This document shows, piece by piece, positions 49,801 through 59,063 of a stretch of DNA of 64,000 bases; position 1 is the stretch's first letter, and each line of letters starts with the position of its first letter. Under the pieces are notes generated by a model. It made no database searches. It saw only the letters and a program-made list of their open reading frames with translations, and was not told the origin of the DNA. Both the position numbers and the translations under genes were made by a program. The stretch covers positions 1,376,001-1,440,000 of the forward strand of contig CBDFIQ010000001.1 of NCBI GenBank assembly GCA_965248195.1, read 5' to 3'. Source of the DNA: Longimicrobiales bacterium. GTDB lineage: Bacteria > Gemmatimonadota > Gemmatimonadetes > Longimicrobiales > Gaopeijiaceae.

Positions 49801-50037
49801 GAAGTCGGCGCCCGGTACACGGTTCCCGAGTCGCTGGTCCAGAAGATCGGGGGCGAGCGGGCTTCCTTCAGTTTCTCGGCGCGCAACCTCTGGACGATAT
49901 GGCGGTTGGAGGACAACCTCACGGGCGTGGTGCTCAGCGATCCCGAAACTGGGGATCCGGGCGACCTCGATAGCGGCGGCGTCTACTCCACGCCGCCTAT
50001 GGCCAGCGTGCACATGACGGTACGGATCGCCTTCTGA
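46846..50037 (+). CDS. SusC/RagA-like TonB-dependent outer-membrane receptor
   Basis: GGAGG RBS; CarboxypepD_reg-like N-terminus; LDEIIVTG; plug (PEDVESIEIIKGPAAASLYG...GVIQIITK); NPGIEPE; ends in Phe. Confidence 0.93.
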   Translation: MYRLNCSYVIRGLGAGAMAFLLVVPSIGAQQGGTVTGRILDARTGAPLAAAQIFISALDLGGLTQQNGRYLLQNVPAGTHTLTVARIGYRTVDAQVLVGGGQTVEQNFDLAEEALALDEIIVTGTPGGTQRRAIGNTVQQVDASVIAQDVAITNFQDLLTARSTGLRFTARVGSVGAGGQIMIRGAGSFDNERSEPLIYVDGIRVNNSSQVGPATGEGRLSSALNDFNPEDVESIEIIKGPAAASLYGTEASAGVIQIITKRGQQGAPQFNVSVRQGVNWLPNPAGQVGTQWTCPTDSSPGPVECENEADLVSYNMYDESTRYIREGYFDWPTPNLYQYGHSQSYNVDVRGGAESIRYFLSANVDDEEGIVWFNTNEVVRLRANIGLILSENLSLDVSTGYTDGDTRYALPVGGDGGIWQDLLWSNGFFLDRVTPFSDIEGAPRTGGYQEHLPTDVAEVEATRDFARFTGSATMSFNIDDFSVGRLGTLGISQRLVAGIDRGWDVNREFYPLEDGIVPEHLTQFTDEWDNVFTETLEGELVYERPIQTNTSLDYSLTADLNVNETWRFRTSAGVQYYVDKRDFFSNSGNGFASTLSTTINQISQSQIRTSFELIENKSLGFYVQEEVGWNDRLFVTGAVRFDDNSTFGVDAPAQRYPKVSGTWVISEEAFWNFDFVSSLRLRGAWGKAGRQPNSTSSQNIYIAIPGPGGAAAIRPESPGNPGIEPEVSTEIELGFDFAILDDRISGQFTNYQRKDEQALLGVDIDPSFGFPGSVQQNVGRIDNWGWEALLSARLYESGSLTFDLDLTADYTNNEIKSLGNFPGSERIRIGYPYPNYIVDNLITRAEFDPAGEYANVFNRNLNGWCDPGVPTGPTSQHGLVPGGDEVPCQDAQNPIILAGGAFVNHTFTVAPRVGLLGGDLQIFALAEGQYGRTHQDRAHLWSHAYRNSMATRLENIPTFALNERINGNSPAWGKGLFKADFWKLREVGARYTVPESLVQKIGGERASFSFSARNLWTIWRLEDNLTGVVLSDPETGDPGDLDSGGVYSTPPMASVHMTVRIAF

Positions 50038-50077
50038 TTGTTCTGCGAATGCGACATCAGCGATAAGACAATACGAC

Positions 50078-51706
50078 ATGAGCGATAAGACTATGACTAT
50101 GCAACTAGAAAGTAGGACTACTAGGAGGGCCGCCTTCGGGCTGATCCTCGGCCTGTCGCTGGGAGCGCTGAGCGCCTGCGACAGCCTGCTGGAGGTGGAT
50201 TTGCCCCACCTGCTCACGGACGCTGCGCTCGGGCCTGACGGCACGGCCGAGACCCAGGTCAACTCGGCTATCGCCCTCTTCGAGTGCGGGTCTTCCGCCT
50301 TCGCCAATTTTGCGCTCGGTCACGAGGACGTATTGGAGCAGGTTGCCGGTTCCGGGAGGAATCTGCACAGATTCGACCCCAACCCCGGGGGCGGCGACTG
50401 TGACAGCGCTTCAAATGACCGTAGCTTTTTCGACCAGATCGCGGGCGCTCGGGCGCTGCTCACAACCGCGCCGGAGCGACTCGTCGCCACGGCGGAGGGC
50501 ACAGGTAGCGGGGTCTACGACCGGATACAGGACGAATGGAACCTCGGGCAACCGGGGGAGAGGCTCTCGGCGATCGCCGCCATCTACGTGGCTGCCTCCC
50601 TCGATCTCTTCGGGGAGTTCATGTGCGAGGCGTCCATCGATGGCAGCGACCTTATGACACCGACCGACGTACTCGACCTAGCGGAGGAGTGGATCACGGA
50701 CCGAGCGCTGGTGCACATCGGCAACTTCGGAGACTTTACGATGCCCTTCGGCATCGCGAGCAGCGCCACGACCATGGCGATGGGGCTCCGGGCCCGGATC
50801 CGTTGGGCGAACGGCGATCTAGCGGGCGCCGCAGCTGACGCAGCGACCGTACCCGATGACTTCACCGCCTGGGTCACCCGTGAGACCGGCTCGACGCGGA
50901 GGAACAAAACCTATCACAGCGCACGGGCGAATGGCTTCAGCGGCATGTACGGGATCATCGACTGGTGGCTCCCGGGAATCCGACGGCCGAATCCGGTGAC
51001 GGGCGTAGCTTGGCCCAACCCCATCCCGTTCACCGGCTACATCTTCCTGGGCATCATGCCGGACGGACGTGCGCTCGAGGCCGGCAACCTTCCCGTCCGG
51101 TGGGCGGAGGAAATTCGGGACATCAACGACGACCCGATTCCGCTGGGTAACGGTGCGGTCGTGGATACCCGGGTCCCGCACATCAAGAAGCCGATCCAGG
51201 GCCCGGAGCCCCGGGAAGTCCCCGACAACTACGCGTCCGAGGACGAGAACGAGCCATTGGTGTTGTGGCGGGAGATGCGCCTCATCGAGGCCGATTTCGC
51301 GCTCTCGCAGGGAAATCTACAGGGGGTCATCGACATTGTGAACGCTCTCCGGGTCTTTCACAACCTCCTCCCGATCTCGGGTGCGTACCTGGCGACGCTA
51401 CAGGCCGACGCCGACGAGGTCCGCTACATGCTCCTCGAGGAGAGGCGGAGGGAGCTCTTCGCCTCCTCAGGCCGGTACTGGTCGACGAAGATTCAGAATA
51501 CGGACCTGCTCTGGTTCCCCAGACGCCAGGGACAGACGCCGTTCAATACCTACGACTTGCTCGGCGGGGTCCGCCTGCTGTTCGACCCTGACACGTACCT
51601 TCTCAACCCCCACTTCGTCGAGCGGGGCGGCAACGACGCTCGGACCACCGGCTGTACCTCGTTGCCGATGAGCCAGGAACCCGTGGGACCCTTCACAAGT
51701 AACTGA
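50078..51706 (+). CDS. SusD/RagB-like lipoprotein
   Basis: Lipobox LSAC; WREMRLIEA, EERRRELF; follows the SusC-like gene. Confidence 0.85.
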   Translation: MSDKTMTMQLESRTTRRAAFGLILGLSLGALSACDSLLEVDLPHLLTDAALGPDGTAETQVNSAIALFECGSSAFANFALGHEDVLEQVAGSGRNLHRFDPNPGGGDCDSASNDRSFFDQIAGARALLTTAPERLVATAEGTGSGVYDRIQDEWNLGQPGERLSAIAAIYVAASLDLFGEFMCEASIDGSDLMTPTDVLDLAEEWITDRALVHIGNFGDFTMPFGIASSATTMAMGLRARIRWANGDLAGAAADAATVPDDFTAWVTRETGSTRRNKTYHSARANGFSGMYGIIDWWLPGIRRPNPVTGVAWPNPIPFTGYIFLGIMPDGRALEAGNLPVRWAEEIRDINDDPIPLGNGAVVDTRVPHIKKPIQGPEPREVPDNYASEDENEPLVLWREMRLIEADFALSQGNLQGVIDIVNALRVFHNLLPISGAYLATLQADADEVRYMLLEERRRELFASSGRYWSTKIQNTDLLWFPRRQGQTPFNTYDLLGGVRLLFDPDTYLLNPHFVERGGNDARTTGCTSLPMSQEPVGPFTSN

Positions 51707-51743
51707 AGGCCTGACGGTGGTGTGACGGAAAAGTGCCGGAACG

Positions 51744-51773
51744 GGGCTCGGGGGCAGCGCTGCCCCCGAGCCC
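51744..51773. terminator. Perfect 30-bp GC-rich palindrome after the SusD-like gene (terminator/stability hairpin)
   Basis: GGGCTCGGGGGCAGCGCTGCCCCCGAGCCC equals its own reverse complement; weak U-tract follows. Confidence 0.5.
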
Positions 51774-51868
51774 GGCTTGTTGGTGGGCCAGGCATGCCCT
51801 GTGTCTTGTGTCTGGAGTGAGAGTCTCTAGACCAAACTTCCGGGACCAGCCTCGAGGGAAACACCGCT

Positions 51869-51943
51869 GACGTCGAACTCCTGACGATCGCGGCCGAGGG
51901 CCGGCTGTCGGAGCCGGGCGTCCTCGAGCGACAGGTGGACCGC
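51869..51943 (+). pseudogene. Short internal fragment of a DUF1592-like domain gene
   Basis: DVELLTIAAEGRLSEPGVLERQVDR resembles PD.ELL..A..G.L..P.VL..QV.RM. Confidence 0.5.
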
Positions 51944-52022
51944 GGCTCGGCGCAATCTTTAGGAGGGGCTCAGCCGTGTCGGCTCGGCTTGTCGCCCCTT
52001 CCTTGGGTAGTATATTAGTAGT

Positions 52023-52289
52023 ATGAAAGTGAAGACATCTATCACACTCTCCGAAGATCTCCTGAACGAGGTGGATCGAGCCGCCGGGTCCGAATCACGC
52101 TCTACTTTCATCGAGGGCGTGCTCAGGGGCTTCCTTCGGAGACGGGCGCTCAATCAGGAACAGGACCGGGACCGGGGAATTCTCGATCGTGTTGCGGAGG
52201 CGTTGAACGAAGAGGCATTTGACGTGCTCCAGTACCAAACCACGTGGCTCGAGGGGGTAGACGAGGTCCCTGAGGGATCGGAAGGATGA
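52023..52289 (+). CDS. Ribbon-helix-helix antitoxin
   Basis: [16 protein letters not shown].....[21 protein letters not shown] overlap with the toxin gene. Confidence 0.85.
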   Translation: MKVKTSITLSEDLLNEVDRAAGSESRSTFIEGVLRGFLRRRALNQEQDRDRGILDRVAEALNEEAFDVLQYQTTWLEGVDEVPEGSEG

Positions 52290-52609
52290 GGAGGGGCGAG
52301 TTCTACCGAGTGCGGAGGCCCGACGGAGAAAAGCGCGATTCCCGAGTCTACGTGGTCGTTAGCCGGCAGGCCCTAGTCGACTCGCGTTTCGCTACCGTAG
52401 TCTGTGCGCCCATCTACTCACGGGGCGATGGGCTCTCCACCCAGGTTCCGGTTGGGCCTGATCAAGGCCTGAAGCACGATTCGTGGATCATGTGCGACAA
52501 CCTCGTGAGCGTTCAGAAGGCGCGGCTGACTGACTACGTCGGTTCCCTGACCGGGGTGCTCGCCTCCAAGCTAAATCGCGCCTTGAGGAGTGCCTTGGAC
52601 CTACTTTGA
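52286..52609 (+). CDS. mazF: PemK/MazF family toxin
   Basis: MRRGEFY...RVYVVVSRQ...VVCAPI...GLKHDS.IMCDNL.SV.K..L...VGSL. Confidence 0.88.
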   Translation: MRRGEFYRVRRPDGEKRDSRVYVVVSRQALVDSRFATVVCAPIYSRGDGLSTQVPVGPDQGLKHDSWIMCDNLVSVQKARLTDYVGSLTGVLASKLNRALRSALDLL

Positions 52610-52782
52610 GTACTGGGAGGCGAGGTCGGCTCGATCCGAAGGGCACGGCGGACGGGCACGATGGTCGCAATTCAAGGGGACCGAAGTCTCTTTCCTTGCG
52701 TGACGAGCAGGAAACCACATATTCTTGCCCGAACAACCCCCGATCTGCGGTTTCGCGAGAGGGGGATCAAGGCGAGGTGTTA

Positions 52783-55383
52783 ATGCGCGCACTCCAGACG
52801 TCCGTCGGTCTGATTCCCGCTGCGTTCCTGGTGGTCACGGTCGTGACGGCCACCGGCGCCGAAGCCCAGAATCCCGCCACATTCACCAGCGACATCCGAC
52901 CCATCATGGAGCGGAGCTGCTGGGGCTGTCATGGTGACGAGTTCCAGCGGTCCGGTCTCGACCTGCGTACCCGCGATGACGCGATTTTGGGAGGCATAAG
53001 CGGCCCCGCGATCGTGCCCGGACGCGCCGAAGAGAGTCTGTTCTACCGGATGATAGCGGGGCTCGATGAGCCCCTGATGCCGAGGGATGGTCCGTCCTTG
53101 ACCACGGCCGAGATCGCCGCGGTGCGGGCGTGGATCGATGGCGGTGCGCACTGGGACGAGGGACCGACTGTGGCCGTGGCCGCGGATGCGGTCGAGGAAC
53201 TTCCCCCCGGAGCTCGCGAGGCCTGGGCCTTCCAGCTCCCGGTGCAGGGTACCGTTCCCACGGCATCACCGTTCGAGCATCCCATCGATCGTTTCCTCGA
53301 GCAGACGCGCCAGGCCCAGGGCCTAACCGCGGCGCCGCATGCCGATCGCCGCACGCTGCTCAGGCGCGCGCACCTCGATCTGATCGGGTTGCCGCCCACG
53401 CCAGAGGAAACCGCGGAGTTCCTGGCCGACCCGAGGTCCGACGCGTGGGAGCGTGTGATCGAGCGGCTCCTTGCTTCCCCACACTACGGCGAGCGTTGGG
53501 GACGCCACTGGCTCGACGTAGCGCGCTACGCGGACTCGGACGGCTTCGAGCAGGACTACGACCGACCCAACGCGTGGCGATATCGCGACTACGTCATTTC
53601 CGCGTTCAATGACGACAAACCCTTCGACCGGTTCATTGTAGAGCAGATCGCCGGCGACGAGCTCGACTGGGCAACCGACGAGACCCGAATCGCCACCGGC
53701 TTCCTGCGCGCCGGTCCCCGCGTGCACTTCCGTGAGAAAGACAACCCGGAGCGGCGGTACGAGTACCTGGACGACATCCTCGCCACGCTCGGCCGCGGAG
53801 TGCTCGGGCTGACGGTTCAGTGCGCGCGCTGCCACGATCACAAGTTCGATCCGATTCTCCAGACCGACTACTACCGTCTGGCGACGTCCATCTTTGGATA
53901 CGTCGAAACCGAGTATCCGCTGCTCCCGCGCGCGGAGGGCGAGGCGTACCGGGCGAAGATCGCGGACATCGCTGAGCGGCAACGCGTTCTGAGAGATCAG
54001 GTGGCCGAGATCGAAGCGCCCTACCGCGAGCGACTGAAGATCGAGCGCCTGGAACGCGAATTTCCTGCGGATGTGCTGCGCGCGGTGCAGAAGCCCGAGA
54101 GCGAGCGCACGCCGGGAGAGAAGCTCCTCGCCGATCAGGTTCTCTCCCTCGGTGTGTCCGGGGCGCTCGTGGCCGCGGCGCTGACACCGGAAGATGCCGC
54201 CCGACAGAAAGCGTTGATTGATGGCATCGCCGACGTGGAGCAGGAGCGGCCTGCACGGCCGCCCATGGCCGACATCGTGACCGACGGAGACCACCGATTC
54301 ACTCCGGACGGGCCCGGCGACGAGATCATCGGCTGTCCAGAGTGCCGCACGCCTCCGGACACGCCCGGCAGCTACTTGCACGAGGGTCCGGGACGGTACG
54401 AGGTGCCGACGAGTAACCTTCTCATCCGCGGCGATCCCTTCAGCCTGGGACCGGTGATGTCGCCTGGCTTCGTGAAGGTCGCGACCTACGGCGATCCGCC
54501 GACGGAGATTTCGCGGCCTGACGGGCGCACGTCCGGCCGCCGCCTGGCGCTCGCGGAGTGGCTGACCTCCGAGGGGAACCCGCTGACGGCACGCGTGCTG
54601 GTGAACCGGATTTGGCACCATCACTTCGGACGCGGCATCGTCGCAACGCTCGACAACTTCGGAGCGGTCGGCGATCCTCCGACCCATCCCGAGCTCCTCG
54701 ACTGGATGGCGATCGAGTTCGCGAGCAACGGCTGGAGCATCAAGCAGATGCACCGCTTGATGATGACCTCCGAGGCCTACCAGATGGCGTCTGCGTACGA
54801 GGATGCGGGCAACATCGCCAACGATCCGGAGAACTTCAGCCTCTGGCGCTTCCGCATTCGGCGGCTCGAGACCGAGATATTGAGAGACGCCATCATGGCT
54901 TCGAGCGGAGGCATCGACCTCACCGTCGGCGGACCGCCCGTGTTCCCATACGTACCCGAGGAGATCCTGGCGGGTCAGGCGCACGGTCGCTGGGACAACC
55001 AGCCGGACGGCCCCGCCGTATGGCGCCGCAGCGTCTACGTCTATCGACGTCGTTCGCTGGTCTTTCCGTTCTTCGAGACGTTCGACCTCCCCGACCAGGG
55101 CGTGACGACGGCTGCTCGCAACGTGTCCACGGTGGCCACGCAGGCGCTGACCCTTCTCAACAATCCGTTCGTGCTCGGGCAGGCCGGCATGTTCGCGGAG
55201 CGACTGGAGAGGGAGGCGCCGAACGACGTGGCGGGGCAGGTCGATCTAGCGTACCGCATCGCGTTGGCGAGGTCTCCCACGGAAGCGGAGGCGGAGATCG
55301 GCGGTCATTTCGTCGCGGAGCGGTCCCTGGTGGATCTAACACACGTGATATTCAACTTGAGCGAGTTCCTCTACCTGAGGTGA
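52783..55383 (+). CDS. PSD1 / planctomycete cytochrome c protein (DUF1549 + DUF1553)
   Basis: CWGCH; SPHYGERWGRHWLDVARYADS; CARCHDHKFDPI; NPLTARVLVNRIW; PTHPELLDW. Confidence 0.93.
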   Translation: MRALQTSVGLIPAAFLVVTVVTATGAEAQNPATFTSDIRPIMERSCWGCHGDEFQRSGLDLRTRDDAILGGISGPAIVPGRAEESLFYRMIAGLDEPLMPRDGPSLTTAEIAAVRAWIDGGAHWDEGPTVAVAADAVEELPPGAREAWAFQLPVQGTVPTASPFEHPIDRFLEQTRQAQGLTAAPHADRRTLLRRAHLDLIGLPPTPEETAEFLADPRSDAWERVIERLLASPHYGERWGRHWLDVARYADSDGFEQDYDRPNAWRYRDYVISAFNDDKPFDRFIVEQIAGDELDWATDETRIATGFLRAGPRVHFREKDNPERRYEYLDDILATLGRGVLGLTVQCARCHDHKFDPILQTDYYRLATSIFGYVETEYPLLPRAEGEAYRAKIADIAERQRVLRDQVAEIEAPYRERLKIERLEREFPADVLRAVQKPESERTPGEKLLADQVLSLGVSGALVAAALTPEDAARQKALIDGIADVEQERPARPPMADIVTDGDHRFTPDGPGDEIIGCPECRTPPDTPGSYLHEGPGRYEVPTSNLLIRGDPFSLGPVMSPGFVKVATYGDPPTEISRPDGRTSGRRLALAEWLTSEGNPLTARVLVNRIWHHHFGRGIVATLDNFGAVGDPPTHPELLDWMAIEFASNGWSIKQMHRLMMTSEAYQMASAYEDAGNIANDPENFSLWRFRIRRLETEILRDAIMASSGGIDLTVGGPPVFPYVPEEILAGQAHGRWDNQPDGPAVWRRSVYVYRRRSLVFPFFETFDLPDQGVTTAARNVSTVATQALTLLNNPFVLGQAGMFAERLEREAPNDVAGQVDLAYRIALARSPTEAEAEIGGHFVAERSLVDLTHVIFNLSEFLYLR

Positions 55384-55386
55384 GGC

Positions 55387-56889
55387 ATGGGTCATCAGTG
55401 CCATAAACACGAGAAGACGTTTTGGTCGCGTCGCGACTTCCTCTTTCAGTCGGGCGGCGGGATAGCTGGATTGGCGTTCGCCAATCTACTCGAACACGAG
55501 GGACTGCTGGCGGCCGAGCGGGCGGGGCTGACGGGGGTCCCGCAAGTCCCCGGGCCGTGTGATGAAGCTGTACCGGGCAACCCGTTCGCGCCGAGGGCGC
55601 CGCACTTTGCTCCACGCGCCACCGCCGTGATCTCGCTTTTCATGAGCGGCGGAGTAAGCCACGTCGACACCTTCGATCCGAAGCCGGCGCTCACGAGGTA
55701 CGCGGGGCAGCCGCTGGACAGCCACATCGATGGAAACATCGTCGTCCGTCAGGGCTACCCGGGTCCGTTGATGCCGAGCCCGTTTTCGTTCGACCGCTAC
55801 GGTGAGAGCGGGATCGAGGTATCCGAGATCTTTCCCCACATCGCGAAGCACGTCGACGAGATCGCCTTCATACGCTCGGTGTACGGGCGATCGAACGATC
55901 ACGTCCAGGCGACGTACGAGATGCAGACCGGCCAGATCCGCATGGGCTTTCCGAGTGTGGGCTCGTGGGTGACGTACGGTCTCGGGTCGGAGAGCTCGAG
56001 CTTGCCGGCCTTCGTCGTGATGACCGACTATCGGGGCGGTCCCCTCGGTGGTCCCAACGACTGGGCCGCTGGCTTCATGCCGGCGAGCTACCAGGGCACG
56101 CAGTTCCGAGCCTCCGGGGACCCGATCGTTGACCTGGAGCCCCCTCAAGGGATGACGCCGGAGGCGCAACGCGCTCGCCTGGACGTGCTGGCGAAGCTGA
56201 ACGAGATGGACATGGAAAAGCATCCCGGCAACTCCGAGCTCGCGGCTCGCATCTCGTCGTACGAGCTCGCCTACCGGATGCAAGGTTGTGCTCCGGAGGC
56301 AATCGACGTGTCGTCGGAGTCCGAGTTGACGAAGAAGCTCTACGGTCTCGACAACGAAATCACCGAACCATTCGGGCGGCAGTGCCTGATGGCGCGGCGG
56401 CTCGTCGAGCGCGGCGTCCGCTTCGTGCAGCTCTTCCAGGGCGGCCTCGGCAATCAGAACACCGACACGTGGGATGCCCACAGCAACCTCGTGGAGAATC
56501 ACACACAGCACGCCGCCGAGTCGGATCTCCCGATCGCCGGCCTGTTGACGGACCTCAAGGCGCGCGGGCTCCTGGATACGACGCTCATCGTGTGGCACGC
56601 GGAATTTGGACGGATGCCGATCTCGCAGCGTGGCGTAGGCCGCGACCATAACCCCGGCGCCATGACGGCTTGGATGGCCGGCGCGGGAATCCGCGGCGGG
56701 CAAGTCATCGGTGCAACCGACGATTTCGGCTACAAGGCTCTGGAACAGCCCGTCTCGGCGCACGACCTGCACGCGACCATGCTCCACCTGCTGGGCATGG
56801 ACCATGAGGAGCTGACGTACCGATTCAGTGGCCGCGACATGCGGCTCACGGACGTGGCCGGCACGCTGATACCGCAGATCGTCGGCTGA
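55387..56889 (+). CDS. DUF1501 domain protein (Tat substrate)
   Basis: SRRDFL; FMSGGVSHVDTFDPKP; ARRLVERGVRFVQ; EFGRMP; GRDHNP. Confidence 0.93.
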   Translation: MGHQCHKHEKTFWSRRDFLFQSGGGIAGLAFANLLEHEGLLAAERAGLTGVPQVPGPCDEAVPGNPFAPRAPHFAPRATAVISLFMSGGVSHVDTFDPKPALTRYAGQPLDSHIDGNIVVRQGYPGPLMPSPFSFDRYGESGIEVSEIFPHIAKHVDEIAFIRSVYGRSNDHVQATYEMQTGQIRMGFPSVGSWVTYGLGSESSSLPAFVVMTDYRGGPLGGPNDWAAGFMPASYQGTQFRASGDPIVDLEPPQGMTPEAQRARLDVLAKLNEMDMEKHPGNSELAARISSYELAYRMQGCAPEAIDVSSESELTKKLYGLDNEITEPFGRQCLMARRLVERGVRFVQLFQGGLGNQNTDTWDAHSNLVENHTQHAAESDLPIAGLLTDLKARGLLDTTLIVWHAEFGRMPISQRGVGRDHNPGAMTAWMAGAGIRGGQVIGATDDFGYKALEQPVSAHDLHATMLHLLGMDHEELTYRFSGRDMRLTDVAGTLIPQIVG

Positions 56890-57023
56890 AGGGGGGCCGT
56901 GCTCTTCGAGCCGAAGGCCTAGCACTTTTCCGTCCTCGAAAGTTGTTGCCTCACCGTGAGTCACACCGTAGCGTTTTCTTAAGGTCGGAGAGTCACCTCG
57001 GAGAGTCCTGAAGTGGGGCCGCA

Positions 57024-57290
57024 TTGTCCATCGTAACCATCTTGATTTTCGCCTTTGGGTTCGGAGGCATCGCCGGCGGATTGGTTCATTTGGTCAGTCG
57101 CATCCGCCGTGAGGTGATGGTCAGGAGCGACGAACGGTTCGCCGCGGGCGCCCTGTGCCGGGTCCGGGTCCTTGATGCTCAACTTGCGGGCACGCTCGCC
57201 AGCATCTCCAAGCTCGAGTCGAGGGCTTCGAATGGGGAGGGTCGGGTGATCCACTCTCCTTCGGCATTCGGTGGGAGCCCACATGGGTAG
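57024..57290 (+). CDS. Small TM plus coiled-coil protein 1
   Basis: TTG start (uncertain); similar to the next two ORFs. Confidence 0.55.
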   Translation: MSIVTILIFAFGFGGIAGGLVHLVSRIRREVMVRSDERFAAGALCRVRVLDAQLAGTLASISKLESRASNGEGRVIHSPSAFGGSPHG

Positions 57291-57555
57291 CAAGTTGCTC
57301 CTCATGCTCGCCAACCTCGCTCTTGCAGGTGGCATCATCGGGGGCTGGGCTTGCTTTGCCAGCGAGATCCGTCGTCGCGTGTGGGTTTCGAACGAGGACG
57401 AGCGTGCGGCCGTGGCACTCGACGAGGTCGAGGCCTTGGAAGCGCGATTGGAAAGCGCCCAGCGGCGGATTGCCACGCTCAGGGAGGGGGCCATGCATCA
57501 CGGGAGTGGCGAGCGAGAGCCGCGCGAGACGGCGATGGCATGCCAGAATGATTGA
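57283..57555 (+). CDS. Small TM plus coiled-coil protein 2
   Basis: GGIIGGW...IRR...DERAAVALDEVEALEARL. Confidence 0.65.
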   Translation: MGSKLLLMLANLALAGGIIGGWACFASEIRRRVWVSNEDERAAVALDEVEALEARLESAQRRIATLREGAMHHGSGEREPRETAMACQND

Positions 57556-57793
57556 GGAGACGCTGTTTTTTATTGTTGCCAACGGCCTGATAGGCGGCTG
57601 GCTCCACATGATCCTTCGGATCCGGCGTCACCGGGCCGTCAAGAGGGACGAAGAGCTCGCCCGGTCGGCCCTCGATCGGATCCGGGCTCTTGAACTGGAT
57701 CTGGAGGCCGCCATCGCGACCGTCGCTGAGCTCGAGCTCTCGCCCACGCCTTCCAACAATCCTTCTGCAGGTTCGGCTCTTCGCTTGCTTTGA
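57548..57793 (+). CDS. Small TM plus coiled-coil protein 3
   Basis: GLIGGWLH..RIRR...DEELARSALDRIRALELDL. Confidence 0.65.
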   Translation: MIEETLFFIVANGLIGGWLHMILRIRRHRAVKRDEELARSALDRIRALELDLEAAIATVAELELSPTPSNNPSAGSALRLL

Positions 57794-57851
57794 TCTTCGC
57801 TTGCTGTGAACGACGATCAAGCAGTCTCTACGAACGGAGCTGTCAGGAGGC

Positions 57852-58883
57852 CTACCCGCCCATCCCCAGCACCTCCTTGGGCATGTGCATGCTCACCAGA
57901 TAGTGCGGCATGTCCACCACTTCCGAGATCTTGAGGTCGCCGGCCAGGGAAGCCAGGACGTAGGCGTCGGACCGACCCATGCCGTGCTCGGCAACCAGAT
58001 AGTCGATCATGAACAAGGTGGCCTTTCTCGTGGCCTCGTCGATGGTAGTGCCGAAAGCCGTCACGGCGTAGTACTCGTCGGTCTCGTACTCGGGCTCCTG
58101 AAGCGCCCGCCCCCCCTTGATGACGTTCAGCTCGTAGACGATACGCATTGGCGCCTCTACCGCCGTGCCCGACACCTCACCGTTTCCCTGAACCGCGTGT
58201 GCGTCACCGATGGAAAAGAGCGCCCCCGCCACGAAGACCGGGAAGTAGACGGTGGTCCCGGCCGTCATGTGGCGGTTGTCCATGTTGCCCCCGTTGGCGC
58301 GTGGGGGAATCGTGACCAGGAGTGAGTCGGTGTCGGGGGCCACGCCCATCACGCCCGCGAACGGCGCCAGAGGTAGCCGGATACGGTCGCTGAAGACGGC
58401 ATGCGTCGCGTCGGGCCCGAGCTCGAAGAGCTTCAGGTAGGGCTCGGTGAACACGTCCGCCAGGAACCCGAACCCCGGTACGATCGCGGCCCATCCCCAG
58501 TCCCCCACCTCGATGTCATGGAGCGTCACAGCCAGGACGTCGCCAGGCTCTGCTCCCTCCACGTAGACCGGCCCGGTGAGCGCGTGGATGCGGTCGAAGT
58601 CCAGGGTAGCAACGTCCGCCACAGTCGACTCCATCGACAGCTGGCCTCCCGTGGCCTCCTGCGTGAAGACCTCCACCACGCTTCCGGACGGGACCGTCAG
58701 CACGGGCGGAATCGTTCGACTCCAGCGTGCGTGGGTGTTTTCAGCGGCCAGGGTGAATTGTGGCTCGGGCACCGGGTCGCCGGCCGCGGCCTGAGGCTCC
58801 TCACCGGCACGGGCGCAGGCCGCCGCTCCTAGGGCGAAAAAGATGAGACAACCGGCACGATGCAGACGAACGCTGATCGCCAT
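57852..58883 (-). CDS. Acetamidase/formamidase family lipoprotein
   Basis: HALTGPVYVEGAEPGD, PPRANGGNMD, GDAHAVQGNGEVSGTAVE. Confidence 0.92.
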   Translation of the reverse strand: MAISVRLHRAGCLIFFALGAAACARAGEEPQAAAGDPVPEPQFTLAAENTHARWSRTIPPVLTVPSGSVVEVFTQEATGGQLSMESTVADVATLDFDRIHALTGPVYVEGAEPGDVLAVTLHDIEVGDWGWAAIVPGFGFLADVFTEPYLKLFELGPDATHAVFSDRIRLPLAPFAGVMGVAPDTDSLLVTIPPRANGGNMDNRHMTAGTTVYFPVFVAGALFSIGDAHAVQGNGEVSGTAVEAPMRIVYELNVIKGGRALQEPEYETDEYYAVTAFGTTIDEATRKATLFMIDYLVAEHGMGRSDAYVLASLAGDLKISEVVDMPHYLVSMHMPKEVLGMGG

Positions 58884-59063
58884 GGGACCTCCTCGATCCG
58901 GTGGGAGTGGTCGACGGCAGAAACTAAGCTGCTTATCGAGGTGGATGCCAACGGCGGTGCGTGCGTCGTACCTTGCTGATGGCCGTGAGGACACCCATCT
59001 TACCGGCCGTTCCCGCTCCCGAAGATAGCGCTGTGGCGCTTGGCCAAAGAGGAGGATCGAAAC

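Noticed and set aside
53323..57024. Long antisense ORFs (53323-54984, 55486-57024; likewise 22933-24639, 47056-48486, and same-strand alternate-frame 7743-9230)
   Set aside because: Shadow ORFs overlapping well-supported genes in high-GC DNA; no recognisable motifs.
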